Positions 45,376-58,459 of a stretch of 64,000 nt of DNA are shown piece by piece. The position numbers and the translations under genes are program-made. Source of the stretch: Vicugna vicugna (lineage: Eukaryota); assembly GCA_013265495.1 (NCBI GenBank), contig MU058384.1, forward strand, positions 2,109,690 through 2,173,689, given 5' to 3'. A model generated the notes under the pieces. It was not told the DNA's origin. It did no database searches and saw only the letters and a program-made list of their open reading frames with translations. Within the stretch, counting starts at the first letter, position 1. Each line of letters begins with the position of its first letter.

Positions 45376-46748
45376 CTATGAAATCAAAAACAAAATTAGA
45401 AACATATATACATTTTTAGAAAACAAGTCCCACTACTGCAGAACTATTTTATATCCCAGAAGATATAAATGTTGAGTAGAACTCAGTTCAATTATGAATA
45501 AAGCAAATGTTTTCATTTTTTGTAAAAATAGGCTTTCTTTAGGAAGACTGCAGAATTGAGGGTGTTGTCTAATTTTTTAAACTATTAAAATCATTGCTTT
45601 CATTTTTTTATTATAAATGCTTTCCTAGTATCTAAGATAAAGTGGGGGTGGGGTGGGTAAGTAGGGATGGATCAAGAAAAAGAAGTGAATGAATTGTTAC
45701 AAATTAGGAAGTCAGGCCCTTTTGCTGATCTAGGCATGGAGGTGATCACTTGGTGTACACTGTGATCCAGAGGTAAAGTTCTATGGACTCAGTGAGTTCC
45801 AAGATTTTGAATTTTCTGTAATCGAATCAACTCCACTTCTCTTTCCCTATCAAATGTGCAGATCTAAATGAGTCCTGAACAACTCCATCTTGCTTCCCCA
45901 ACTTGAACAAATAAAAATAACACTTCCAATCAATTGATACTTCAGTATAGTTCATATACTGAGTTCCTTCAATATGCTGAACAGTAGAAGACAAGTAAAT
46001 CACAGTGCATACCTGATGGAACCCCCAATCTTGTGAATAAAGAATCGCAAGAAAATGTGACAGGGATGTTCAGGGTGCTGCAGAAAACCTAGGAAGGGGA
46101 AACTTGCAACTGGGGACGTTGGGGGAAACTTTACAAGGCAGACAGTGATTGAACTGGGTCTTTAAAGGATGAATAAGAGTTTATTCAGTGGAGTAGACAA
46201 AGAAGGCAATTTGCAAGAAGGAAGAACATGGGCAGAGCACAGATGTGTGGGGAAAGGCTAAGATTATTGAAGAACTGTGAGTAGATCTGCATGGACTGAT
46301 CGTCAGGTGGTAGGCAAGGCAGTAAGAGGGAAGGTAGAATGGGACCAGATGATACTCTGTATGTAACAGACAGCCAACAGAACACTTCCAGGATTTTTGC
46401 AGATTCCTCAGTGTGCAGAATCCTACACCAGACACTGTGTGCAGGGAAACAGAAAACAATAAAGATATGGCCCCATTCCTCAAAGGCGGTCATGATCACA
46501 GTAGTACCGAGCAAGGGGCTAAGACTGCAAAGAAGTTATGGGGTGGGGTCAAGCCCACTTGTGTCTCTTCTCAACCAGCACCCTTGCAGATAACAAGGAT
46601 GTGAGATATGAGAGCTTGGCAGCACCTGGCACACAGCAGGCATTCAACAGATGTCAGCTGAATTGAAATCTGTTTGTCTCCTTTTGCCAGTGACTTGAGG
46701 TTAAAATTCATGAGCATGAGATGTAGCGAATACATCAGAAATACGTAC

Positions 46749-46814
46749 AGGGCACCCCCAGACGATTCTCTCTATGTCTGACAGCCGATCTTTCATATTG
46801 ATGGTTTGCTTCAT
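46749..46814 (-). CDS. ECT2L: ECT2L exon ([22 protein letters not shown])
   Basis: ttctag|ATG...CCT|gtacgt; 66 nt. Confidence 0.94.
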
Positions 46815-47496
46815 CTAGAAAACAAAGTAATTTTAGGCAAACTAAAAGTGTAATTTTTATACATAAAAAATAAGTTAAAAGTATTTTATGGCACCTATAA
46901 TAAGAGCTCAGTATATTCATAAACTATAGTAAGAATCTCAACATCAGGTACCCAATGTTTTAAAACAAAAAGGCAAGTGACAAGACTGTATTCAGAAAGT
47001 ATTTTCTGGGCATAACGTGTGATCAGTTTACATTCAGCCCATGCAGTCTGCACATCACAATGATATTCTCAGAATGATAGTGCTGTACTCCAAGACACTG
47101 AAATCTTGCAGGGAGTCATTGTGATTGCTGTAGTCACTCAGGCAGAATAGTTAATTAACACATTACAAAGTCCTTTCAGAAACAAGGGGTTTTACTTTTT
47201 TTTCTTTTAGCCATCTAGAAAAATCAACTCAAATACTCCATTCTTTAAACTTTTATATTAATAAAGATTTTATTGTACTTATACAGATATCTGAAGACAT
47301 TCTGTCTTATGTGATTTGACTTGGAATAGATGCCCTCAGGGCTCAAAATCATTGAACACAATGATTTCACATCATAAAAGGATGAAAGATTTTGAAGTAA
47401 AGAAAACCGCACGAAGTTAAGATATTTCAGGATCTTAGAGTACCACAAAGGCATCGTAACATCTTTAAAGGACACAGACTCTTATCAGTGACCAAC

Positions 47497-47653
47497 CTGA
47501 TCTAAATAACCTTTGTATTTTTTGATTTGTTCAATTGCAGTGGTCAAGTCCCCACGGTCAACGTGTTCTGCAGGAGTATGAAGCCTCAGAGCATAGAGAA
47601 GATGAATATATTCTTCAATTCTTCGGGATGGATACAAAAGCAGCTCCGGAAGG
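47497..47653 (-). CDS. ECT2L: ECT2L exon, DH domain ([53 protein letters not shown])
   Basis: acgcag|C...CAG|gttggt; 157 nt; DH CR3-like LLxPxxRxxxY. Confidence 0.96.
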
Positions 47654-47753
47654 CTGCGTGAGGCACAGAGAAGGGAACCCTGGTCTCCTTTCCGATGGCC
47701 AGAGAACGCCCGATCCTTGGGGCGCCCCAGCTGTGCTGCCCTTCAGAACTTAC

Positions 47754-47827
47754 CTCAGCATATGGGTAACCATGGTCTTGTCATGCCTCTTCAGGAAAGC
47801 TCGGAATGCTGGTGTCATTTCTCTGCA
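47754..47827 (-). CDS. ECT2L: ECT2L exon, DH domain (CREMTPAFRAFLKRHDKTMVTHML)
   Basis: ctttag|TGC...AG|gtaagt; 74 nt. Confidence 0.95.
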
Positions 47828-49452
47828 CTAAAGGTGAGCATTATAGCATCAAGACTCTATAAGACAGCTGTAAAGCATTCTATTCCCCTAGGCAGGCATG
47901 ATCTACGAAACACTCAAAGCAGAAGAACATCATCTGCCACTAATCAAGAGTACTGTTAATACTGCAGGTGCTTACTGAGAGCCTAAGTGTAGTGCATGAT
48001 TTATACCACACACCCACCCCTAGTCACTGAACTTACTCATTGCAGGAAAATGAAAATGGACTCTGCAAGGAGGTAGGGCTGGATTAGAATCAGACTCCTA
48101 ATTTAATTCTAGTGTCAAGTTACTTAACTTCCCTGGGCCTCAGTTTTCTCACAGATATTGTACGTAACTCTTGTGGTGAGGGGAGGAAATCCTATCCATA
48201 AAGTGCCATAAAGTCACACAGTAAATGTTACTTCCTTCTAGTAAGAGACTGTTGATGGTGCTCACCTATAATGCTGCTGTTAATCATGTTTTCCACAGTA
48301 ACATTAAAACGGTGCTCCACTCTACCTACCATCTGTTGGAAAATATATTACTCATCACCATTAGGGCACCCAGGAAGTTACCTTATTTTTCTCAGATGAC
48401 AGTAATGCTGATTTCTAGAAATCAAATATTCACTGATTTCCATCATAGCTAACATTTATTGAGTACTGACTTATGTGCACCCCCACGCTAGTGAAATAGA
48501 TACATTATTGCCCATGACTGTGAAAATGTTGGCACCAATTTGCCTATGACAATGTGTGATGCTTTGTTCCAGTTCTAGCCCTAAAGGTCAGTTCTATGCA
48601 ATTGCCTTATTGATGTGACCCTCACATAACTGAGTTGTCCAGCAGCGTTTAAACTCCCTGGGCGGGGCAGGAAGACCGCGACAAAGGGGGGTGTCTGAGG
48701 TCAGGAATCGTCTTGAGACCTCCCAGCCCCTCCGGGCCTTCTCTTCAGGGCCTCAGTGCAGACAAGCGGACATGGCCACAGTGGGCACAGGGGACACGGG
48801 CAGAAGTGGACCCCCATGTCACAAGGCAGCCTCTTCTGCTACTCTTTGATGCAAATTGAGGAGAGAAGAAAGAGGTATCTTATTGCTGTCAGAAGAGGTC
48901 CCGACAGGAGCAGTGAGGGTGTAAGTCACAACAGAGAAGATTGTTTCTAATGCACTCTCTACAGAACGCAAGACAAAAAATTCCTTATTTCTTAGTGAGA
49001 TTTCACACATTGGGTGTCTTTCTTCCAACATACGGATTATGAATTCTTTTCTCCAGGAGAGCGCTGGACTAGGCAAGGCCACACAGGGCTGTAGAGGCCG
49101 CATGGAGGCAGAGCTCAGCCGTGCTTCTGCCTAATTGTTGACCATTTTCCTGCAACTGAGCCCCAGGTGCCTGGGACAGATGGAAATCTGGGAATTTGCA
49201 TGAGGGTTAGATCACTCCCACCACCTGTTCCTGGGCCCTGCTGGGGCAAGCACTGGGCCAGCTCCTGCTGGCGCAAAATTAGATTAAGTTGGGGTCCCCG
49301 TCCTCAAGGAGTTCACAGTAAACCAGAGGAGATCTGGAAGCCAAGAGTAGAGAAGTATTTCCTATTAATTCTAGTCCTTTAAATTATACATGAAACTTCC
49401 TTTCAAGCTCAGAAGGTCTGAAAAATGCCTGGATGGTAACTCAGTCTTTTAC

Positions 49453-49600
49453 CTTCTCAATGGTTTTCAGAACAACAGGGTAATTGTTGAAGAAACTGGT
49501 GTATGTGTTCAACTGGCTTCCAAACTTTAGGACTATTTCTCCCACGCAGTGAGCTGGGCCCCATTCCTGCAGTCTGTCTCTCAGGGCATCTAGAAACTGC
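49453..49600 (-). CDS. ECT2L: ECT2L exon, DH domain ([50 protein letters not shown])
   Basis: ctgcag|G...AAG|gtaaaa; 148 nt. Confidence 0.96.
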
Positions 49601-50199
49601 CTGCAGTACGAGAAAAGCACGGCCATGAGACATCGGCCAGTGATAGCCTGATAAATGAGTTGTCAGTCATTTGGGGCAGGGCTTTTGTCAAATCCCTTTG
49701 CCTTGACGCAGAGCAGCACAGATGTGACAGGAGAGGAGGAGCTGGGAAGGGAAGGAAGTAGGCTGATTCTGGTGGAAGCCCGCCTCTTCACCTCAACTCC
49801 TTGAGTCAGCACTCCAGGCTGGCCACCAGAGGCTGCCCCTGACTGTCCCCTTCCTGCTTCGTCTGGGGGACAGTTTCTTACCTTCCTCCAAGGACAGGGC
49901 TCAACTCACTTCAACAGCTGAAGGCCGTCAGCCTCCCTCAGCCCATTTCCTGGTGGATCTGAGGTTATCATTATCCCTCATTCAGCCATCACGGACCTTG
50001 CAAACTGGAAGAGGCCTAGTTCGACCTCTTCTTTTTATAGGATTTGGGGCCCATTGTCTTTTGTGAGATGCAGGCAGGGTCCCCAAGAAGAGCAGAGAAC
50101 GACTGAGCCTCTGGATAGTTTTGGAAAGCTATTCCATTCAGTGGGGGTTCCTCCCACCACCCAATGAATATTTCGAAAAAACACCTGCTCAGAGTTTAC

Positions 50200-50414
50200 C
50201 TGTTGAGATATAAAATCTGCAGAATATCAGAGAAAATGATCTGGATGTTTGCAGCGCTCAGAATTGCTCTGTTTGATGACAGCGCTGCTCTCAGTGGCGC
50301 GACGTAAATGCCTCTCACAATTTCCAGTATCTGCACGTACTTTCTCTCACTCTGGAAGAGTTCTCTGAGGACGCTGGTTCGCTTTACAGCTGAGTCCAGC
50401 TGTAGCTTTTTCTC
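50200..50414 (-). CDS. ECT2L: ECT2L exon, DH domain start ([71 protein letters not shown])
   Basis: ctacag|GAG...AG|gtaaac; 215 nt; Dbl-homology signature ELxxSExxYV. Confidence 0.96.
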
Positions 50415-50923
50415 CTGTAGAAAAGCATTTAGAATTCACAGGGAAGCATAATGACTTTTTCCAGGTTACAGCCTCAAAAAGTCTGACAGTCAAAGTCAGA
50501 GAAACTCAAGTATGGAGCAGTCAGGCAGTTGCTCTGCGATCTCCCCTTTCTGGTTTGGGATGTGCAGAGTTGAAGTCAGACCCTAGTTGGTGGGTCAGTT
50601 AGAAACTGTGAACCCTTAGGTCCCTATGCCATTTCTTTAAATGCTGTCTCAGCGTCCTTTTCATACAGCACAGAGCAGCACAGAGACGGCTCTTGCCCCC
50701 AAGAAGTGACATCTCCATCCTCTTGGCTCAACTTTTCAGAACAGGACTTATTCAAAAGAAAAACCTACTGTCTGGATTTCCCCCTGTTATATTGGGGGGG
50801 GAGTTCCCCTTAAGGGAAACTTTCTGGAAAAAATAAAGAACCAACCAGAATAAAGGCTGAAGACTTTCCGGGGGTCAGGAGCAAAACAAATAGAAAACTC
50901 TTATAATGTAATAATTGACTTAC

Positions 50924-51010
50924 CAGCTTAACCAGCAACTCAAAATTTGAATCATTTTTGCTGAGACTTGATTTTGTGTCCTGAGGATTGTCTTCTACAA
51001 CATTTCTCTC
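50924..51010 (-). CDS. ECT2L: ECT2L exon (ERNVVEDNPQDTKSSLSKNDSNFELLVKL)
   Basis: tctcag|GAG...CTG|gtaagt; 87 nt. Confidence 0.93.
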
Positions 51011-52703
51011 CTGAGAATTCAATGCAGACTTGGTTATTTGGAGGCAGGCCTCGGAACAGCTAAACACGCAGTCGGTGCTATGCCCACAGGAGGCTCCCGT
51101 TAGCTCTGCCTTCAGCCCTAACTATTGGCCCCTAGACGCAGTGAGTTACGCGCTTGACAAATTTCATGCCTCTCTTAAATGAAATTTTATGTTAAGAAAA
51201 ACAACTGTTCGCTTCCTAGGAACTATTACACGTGAGAAACTACATTCAGCGCAGCACTTTGGTGCGACTCACATGCTGTTTCTAGGTGTGTTTCCACATG
51301 GAAATCTGGCTTTTTCTCTCTTCACTTTACCCTGTTAATTGTTCTGTGGCTTCCATATAATTTAGCACATTAAAAACAATAGCCCTTCTTCTGCCTGCAG
51401 CACCCAGGGTCCAGCCGAGCACCGGCACAATGGTCCCATGTTTGTGTTGAGAGCTAATGACGCTGAGCCGTCACTACCGCCGTCCTTCCGAGTCAGAGAT
51501 AAGACCGCCCGTGGTAACCCCTTGACATCTCGGAGTGAGACTGGAAGGAAAAGGTCAGTTTGTAACTAAGGCTCTTTTTGCCTTAATCTACTCAAGCAAA
51601 AGTGAACTTTTATTTGTACCTGCAGCCATCCTTTAAGGCTGCCTGAAGCCTTTCTGTAAGAGCTCTGGTCCCTGAACCGCGCACAGCCAGCCAGCTTCCC
51701 CCTGGCTGGCCTGAGCGCTTCACGTCTGCTCCACGCTTATGCTAGGAGAAAAGGGATTTACTTTGAATTTTGACAAAATCATTCAAATTTGCTATGAGTG
51801 GAATACTCTCTTCTCTCAAAATAATTATGCTAATAGTTTATGTAGAGAAATAACTTCAGCCAGTCAGTGGTGACACCTGTGGCTGTGTAGGTAGAAGTGG
51901 GTGCAGATGTAAAATGAAAATAAAACTCAGATTGGCTGGCTGGAGATGAAGAGAGCCCAAACGGTGCCAAATCAGATTGTGGGTCCCACAGACGAGGGAG
52001 GCCCCCTCACCTAGGATGCCGTCCTATTGGACGGGCTCACTTGAGTGCTTGTGCCTTAAAACTCAGGCATCAGCACGACTCCTAGACTTCCTGGCTATTT
52101 TAAAACCTGCTTGCTCAGACCAGGGCTTTGTATCCCCCTGGCTCCGCAACAGCTATTTTTTTAAATGTAAGTTTTTCTTTGTGGATAAGAAATCAATTGG
52201 ACGTGGTAATTGTGTTTGAACCTAAAAATGTAGAGTTCTCTCATTTTGTGCTACACGTCCAGTTGCTAGGATTTTTTAGAGCCTATTTTTAGGTTAAGAT
52301 GCTATCCCCTATTTGTTTTGGGGGATGAATTCAGAAGAAGTAACAGGGGCAACAAACTGCACATTTTAAAGAAAACAATTATTTTGGGTCGGTGGGCCGT
52401 TGCCTCGCTCTCTCCATGGCATGGAAGGGAGACCTCTGATCGCGTGGGAGGAATTTTCCTCTAGGATGGAGCATAGGCCGGCACTGCATTTTCCAGAGAC
52501 ATCCTAGTTATTGCTGCTGCACCTCCCAGAATAACACTCGGCTGCCTGAATTAGGGGCCAGAAACAGTTGTGCAAATGACAGGCAGGGCTGAAGAACAAC
52601 TATGATTCTGGCTGTGACCCACCTCCATGGTTATATAGTATCAGTGGAAACACTGCAGGTGCACCAGGACCAGCTGTCACTACCGACTGGGGGGCAGGAT
52701 GAC

Positions 52704-52783
52704 AGAGAGAGAGAGAGGGCTATATATACACGTGTCTATCTATAGATCTGTGTGTACTCATGTGTGTGTATGTGTGTGTGTGT
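52704..52783. repeat. (GA)n/(TG)n microsatellite cluster
   Basis: cagagagagagagag ... tgtgtgtgtatgtgtgtgtgtgt. Confidence 0.8.
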
Positions 52784-54076
52784 TTGGTCCTGGACTTGGC
52801 AGACAGGCCCTCTTACACAAGCCCCTATGGAAGGATCTTTAAAACAATTATCTCAGAAGAAGGCATTACATTCCACTTCTAGGGCTGTGAGTTTGCTGTT
52901 CTGGACAAATATCTACACTTTTTAAAAATAAACCCCAGGGAATGGAAAAACTCAGCTTCTGTATTTGATCTGAACTCACCACCTACATGTAAGCTGTGGT
53001 TTCCCTTCCTAGGTTCCCCAATTTCATTTCGTGGGTGTTGTGCACAGGCCCTTGAGTGTTAAATAGCAGAAAATCAAGTAAGAATCTAACATATTTTCTT
53101 TCTAATTTGATTGGGAAAAAAAAAGGAAAATATCAAAGACACTCCTAGGCATGGAGTCTCACGTTTCTGTAGTTTTATTACAGGCAGGCGATGTAACAAG
53201 AGCATGCTTGGTTTCCAGCATTGAGGCAACTGTAAGCCCCAACTTTCTGCATTGTTTCATTAAAGGGATTGGGTGATTAGGTCAACAGCTGGTTGAGAAG
53301 ACTTAGTTCAGTGTGGATTTTATTTGGCGGAGGAACAAATGAAAGAATCTTTGAGAGGACTTGCTCTAGGTGACCATCCTTTCAAGGGTCAGAGATTCCA
53401 GCAATGCTTCTCGCCAATAGTAAGGGCTCTCAAATGTAAAATGAACACTTAGAAGAGGAAACACCTATAGTTTTGTCCCTATTGTTTTCTTCAAGTTTTC
53501 TTGCTGCAAAGTGGGGCATTTCTGGGGTCTGTATGTCCATGGTTGAGGGTGACACCATCATTCTTGAGGAATAAAGGTTGATGGAAGAACTTCAATAAGG
53601 TTTCTGGGGAGTCAGGAACGACCCAGACGTTGTAAGGGTTTTGGAAGAATTCGGATCCTGTGTAGTGTGGTTACACACTGATTATTCCCTTTAGTGAACC
53701 AAGGGGAAATGAGTAGTCCTGGAGCCCTGAGTGTTACTTTTTAAAGGTTTCCATAGGCTAAATTGGGGACAGAGATGACGTCCACCCTTTTGGGAGATTA
53801 ATTCCCAGGAATCTCAAAGAGATTCTACTATAACAAGGCAAGAGGACTCTGAGCAGAAAGGGAATCTACCGTAAATCCCTGCCCTGTGCATCCTGCTAAC
53901 AGGCAGCAATCATGCTGCATCATCTAAGTAGGTGCAGGTCTCTCAAAGGCAGAGGCTGTGTCTTAGTTTATGTCTATTCCTAGGGTCTAGTACAGTGCCT
54001 CACATATGGTCAGTTCCTGTAAGTCTTTAGGGAGCTGAACTAAGATGGGGATTTGACCTTTGCCCAAGAAGTGGTC

Positions 54077-54581
54077 TGTGATGGTTAATTTTATATGTCA
54101 ACTTGACCAGGCCATGGACTGCCCAAATGTTTGGCCAAACATTATTCTGGGTTATGCCTCTGAGGGCATTTTGCGGCGAGATGAACACTTAAATCAAGAG
54201 ACTGAGTAAAGCAGACTGTTCGCCCTAGTGTGGGTGGGCCTCGTTCTATCAGTTGAAGGCCTGAGTGGAACAAAAAGGCTGACTCTCCTGCAAGTAGGAG
54301 AGAATTCCTCCTGCCTGGCAGCCTTCAAACTGGGACACTGGTTTTTTCCTGCCTTTGGACTGAAATGTCAGCTCTTCCTGGTCTCGAGCCAGCCTGTGTT
54401 TGGACTAGAACTGCACCACCAGCTCTGCTGGGGCTCTGGCTTGCTGACTCACCCTGAAGATCTTAGAGCTTGGCAGCCTCCATAATTGTGAGAGCCAGTT
54501 CCTTATAACAAACCCCTTTCTATATACAGACACACAGAACTATATATAGTTCTGTTCCTCGCGAGAACCCTGATGAATACA
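54077..54581 (+). mobile_element. MLT2 (ERVL) solo LTR
   Basis: TG...CA ends (tgtgatggttaattttatatgtcaacttg ... gagaaccctgatgaataca); 5-bp TSD tggtc/tggtt. Confidence 0.9.
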
Positions 54582-55646
54582 TGGTTCATGAGACTTTCCT
54601 GAAAAGACAGATTAGGGGTGGGGCAGCAGGGAAGCAGGACTCTGACCTATAAAGGCTTAGATATCCCTGGAAATGTGTTTATTAAGACTCCTCTAGGGGA
54701 GGATGCTTGTGGTTGGGAAGAATAAGCCGCTTCATGGGGAGGGGTTCAGCTACAGGGCAGGCTCTGCTAACAACAGAGGGCTGGGGCCAAACGACTGCAG
54801 ATTTTTCACTCTGCTGAGCAAGGGAGGGGCAGCTTGGCAGAGGGGACGCTGCCACCAGCGGTCCTCCCTGATTGCCCTTCCCTGCTCTGTGCTGTCCTCT
54901 AGAGCCAAGTCGACAAAGACTTCTAGAATTTCAGGTTCCTAGGGCAGCACAGGATTTGCCTGCTAGGGGAACTCACACGTCTGTTCCTACCAACAGTCTC
55001 CATGGCGACTTTGTGTTGGGGATGGTATCCCAAGCCTTCAGTCATCAAAGATTGGTGATTTTTTTTCAATGGGCATAAAATGACACTTTCCTAGAAATCA
55101 GCTCTCTGAATGATAATATGATTTTCAGTGATTCCTGAATCCCGATCATTTCACTTAGCCAAGAATGTATGGATTCTGAATCTAGTCCTGACAAAATGAT
55201 TTCTTCTTGCTTAAAGAACTAGTTTCAAACTCACTTTGTTTTTCTTTTATGAATTTGAATCTCAAAAAAAAAATTTTTTTTAGTTTCACAAAGAAAGTGT
55301 CCTGGGCCACAAACGAAACAAAAAAAACCTCTTTAGGTTATCTCAGGCCTCCACTGAGTGAATGGCAGGCTGAATGCAGCGTCCAGTTCTTCTCCCAAGA
55401 GCCGGATAGTGTAACCCCTGCCAGCACGGGGCCACATGTGCTTGTAAGTGGCTTAAATGTTACTCACACTATGAAACTGCAAAACACCTTTATTTAAATA
55501 CTAATCCATGAAAATGAAGTTCTTAGGAGAAATGACAAATTGAAAGCTTTCCAGGTAGAATGATCATTATTGTTTATGAATTTCTTGAGCACATGTGTCT
55601 AACTCCATAGTGAAGCAACGGCATAAAAATGCTGCAACAACTTTAC

Positions 55647-55772
55647 CTCTGTGAATAAATCACATGTTGCCGTGGGGTCACATTTTGGCAGGATAATATT
55701 TCCTTCAAAATCTTTGCTCTTTTTACTACATTTCTTCAGCAGGAAAGATGACAAAAATTCCAGAGGTCTGTC
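55647..55772 (-). CDS. ECT2L: Candidate additional in-frame ECT2L exon (DRPLEFLSSFLLKKCSKKSKDFEGNIILPKCDPTATCDLFTE)
   Basis: gctgatctttccag|GAC...GAG|gtaaag; 126 nt, stop-free, phase 0-0 matching both flanks; completes a Dpy-30-like motif with the preceding exon. Confidence 0.75.
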
Positions 55773-56649
55773 CTGGAAAGATCAGCCCCCCCCAAAAGAA
55801 TTCCCATTTAAAATACAAGTCAAAAAATTGCAGCAGAAAAAAGAACACATTTTTAGTAGAGTTTTCAGCATTCTGGTTAATTAATTTGTAAGTCCAGAAA
55901 ACAAAGTATTATTCGATTAGAGTCAGTAAATGGGACTTTCTAGTTAATCTTAGTTCAAGGTCTTGTGGGAGGGTCTCAGGATCTTCAGAACCAAGGCGGC
56001 CCACACCGGCCTCTTAGCCAGATAGGAAAGGGGACAGGATGACTCTGTTGTCTTACAGGGGGAACGAAGGCCTGGGGGAAAGGCTACTGCAACAGAATTC
56101 TTGGGGAAATCACCCTGTAACACTCCCAAATTTGTTTCCTCCTCAGGCTGTAAGTTTGAGCACCATCGAAATTATAATAAGTACTGTGAACCTACACCAA
56201 ACATGTTTAATGATTCTTTGGTGTCTGGGGACAGTGCAGAGAATTGCAGGGCCTCAGGGTCCTCTTTGCAAACATCCCTCATCATTTTATCAGCAAAGTC
56301 TGCCAGGGCCTTTATCACTGGGTCGCCCGAGGGCTGCTGGAGGGCTGAGGAGCTGAGTCTTCAGAGAAGAAAATCAGGGCTAACTGCAACTTTTCAGGCT
56401 CCACACTGGACAGCGAACGCAGGAGATGTGTGGTGCTTGTCCAGGAAGCCACGTTGAAACTAGGACAGGTAAGGAGAGTGTGCCCAAAGACGATGGTTCA
56501 ACTCACCCATGAAGTAGAATTACTACAGTGGGAGGGTAGGATTTGAGAATCTGTCCTTGGAAAACTAGACAGCTTATCGTACACAGGGATGTTAACATCA
56601 TCCCTACTCCTGTCCTAGTCTCAGCTTCCCCAGAACCGGGCGCCGCATA

Positions 56650-56981
56650 CAACCGTCCCTCAGTATCCACAGGGGATTGGCTCCAGGACCTCCACAGATA
56701 CCAAAATTCTCAAGTCCCTTCGCAACTGCACGTAAAATGGCATAGTACTTGCATATAACTGAGCACATCCTCCTGTATACTTTAAACCATCTCTTGATTA
56801 CTTATCACACCTAGTACAATGTAAATGGTATGTAAATAGTTGTCAGTGCACGGCCAAATTCAAGTTTTGCTTTTTGGAACTTTCTGGAATTTTTTTTCTG
56901 GATATAGTCAACCTGTGGTTGGTCAAATCCAAGGATGCAGAATCCATGGGTGCGGTACCCACAGAGGCGTAGGGCTGACTG
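56650..56981 (+). mobile_element. MER2-like Tc1/mariner (Tigger-family) MITE
   Basis: TA flanks, termini caaccgtccctcagtatcc ... agggctgactg, about 330 bp. Confidence 0.85.
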
Positions 56982-57613
56982 TATTTTATCTTCCTAGAGC
57001 CTGGCTCTGGTCTTGGGGAAGAGTGTGTTTTGTACAATGCCTCTGCACTGTTTTCTGAAATGTGGCCTGACATTTCTGGGAGAGCATTCAAGACTTGTTT
57101 CTGATGAAAATGTTTCTTTAGGCTTTCCCCACATTTATCCCCAACCAAGTTACTGATTTGCTCTGTCTGTTCTTTTGTGTTCTTTTTCCCTTCCTCTCTC
57201 ATCTAGCCTTCTTTGCCCTTCATCTTTTTATAGCTGGCTTCACACTTTCTCAGTTTTTCTGCCGTACTTTAATTGTTTTAACCACTGAATAATGTTTGTG
57301 AAATATAAAGCCATTAAACATGTTTTTAAAATAAGTCACCTCTGACTAAAATTAATCACAAGAGAGAAAACAGTGCACCACGTGATCAACTTTAAATAAC
57401 CGAGATTTTCCCATATGTCTGTATTGTGCACTTAATTTATCTTGGGTTCAGAATCTCTCAGTGGCTTTTTTCATAAACCAATGCAACTTCTCTGAGAAAT
57501 TGTGTCCCAAAGGGATAAACTGGTAAAAAATAATAATAACAATAAATGCAAACTAAAAACTTACTTTAAGTATTAGGGGTTTTATAGTTTGTTTTATTCA
57601 AAGAAACACTTAC

Positions 57614-57717
57614 AGAATTTTCTTTTGAAAGTTCTGTCAATCCATCTGCCAGAGCTTGTACAATTTCTTGGTTATTCAGAGTGTTAGCCATACTCATGGT
57701 GTCGAATACAAATTGCC
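57614..57717 (-). CDS. ECT2L: ECT2L exon ([35 protein letters not shown])
   Basis: ttacag|GG...TCT|gtaagt; 104 nt, phase 1-0. Confidence 0.94.
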
Positions 57718-58276
57718 CTGTAAATATAAGGCCATATGCCCTGTAATTAATTTATGTAAAAGATGTGATCAAGAAGAAAACTCAGTTCTCACAGTTTCTT
57801 GTTAGTGGATAAACATGGAAAGAGGAAAAAGAAAAATTCTATCATGCCATGAGGATTATCTACCATGATAAAATATAAAATGAACAAAAACTTCTAAATG
57901 TGCAGCATATAAAAGTACCCACCCTGACAAAGCTGATACTGAATGAAATCTGTAAACTGGACAAGAAAAGAACATGTGAAATTAAGCCTTATAAGGTTTA
58001 GATTCTCAACTGCACCAAAAACAATTGACTGACACAGAATTAATAAGACGGCAAAATTTGAAACTAGGAATTAGCTTCAGCATTTTGAAGATGAATATAT
58101 TTGTTCTTAGTGGATATTCTCTATATTTGAAAGGCGATATGAAAAACAAAGGGACTAAAGTTATACCGAAGATGTTTAAGAGTCCACTTCTACTTAGGCA
58201 TTCCTAAACTTGTATTCACCATGGAATGTAACAAGCTTCAAAATTAACCTGCGGCAGAAGTAGGAAGAGTTCTCAC

Positions 58277-58459
58277 CTATCATCCTCCCACTGGCATTCT
58301 TCTGCAGCTCCTTGAAGAGAGGACTTAATTGTTTCCTTACTGATTTCAAGGTGTCTTCCAGGAAGTCAGTGAGGCTGGACCATGTCTGCAGCTTTGATTC
58401 GCTGAAGTAGATGGAAGGGGGCGCCCTGTCCCACTGTCGTCCCAGCCAGTCACTAAGAA
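58277..58459 (-). CDS. ECT2L: ECT2L exon ([61 protein letters not shown])
   Basis: tgtcag|TT...G|gtgaga; 183 nt; within ORF 58194..58466. Confidence 0.94.

Noticed and set aside
53160..53860. Unique-looking, coding-like intronic stretch (possible pseudogene or ERV remnant)
   Set aside because: No ORF of 60 aa or more in the track and no family I could recognise.
56039..56468. Two overlapping plus-strand ORFs with acceptor-like (56146) and donor-like (56468) sites, a possible antisense exon
   Set aside because: No homology recognised, and such splice-like sites occur by chance; no support without expression data.
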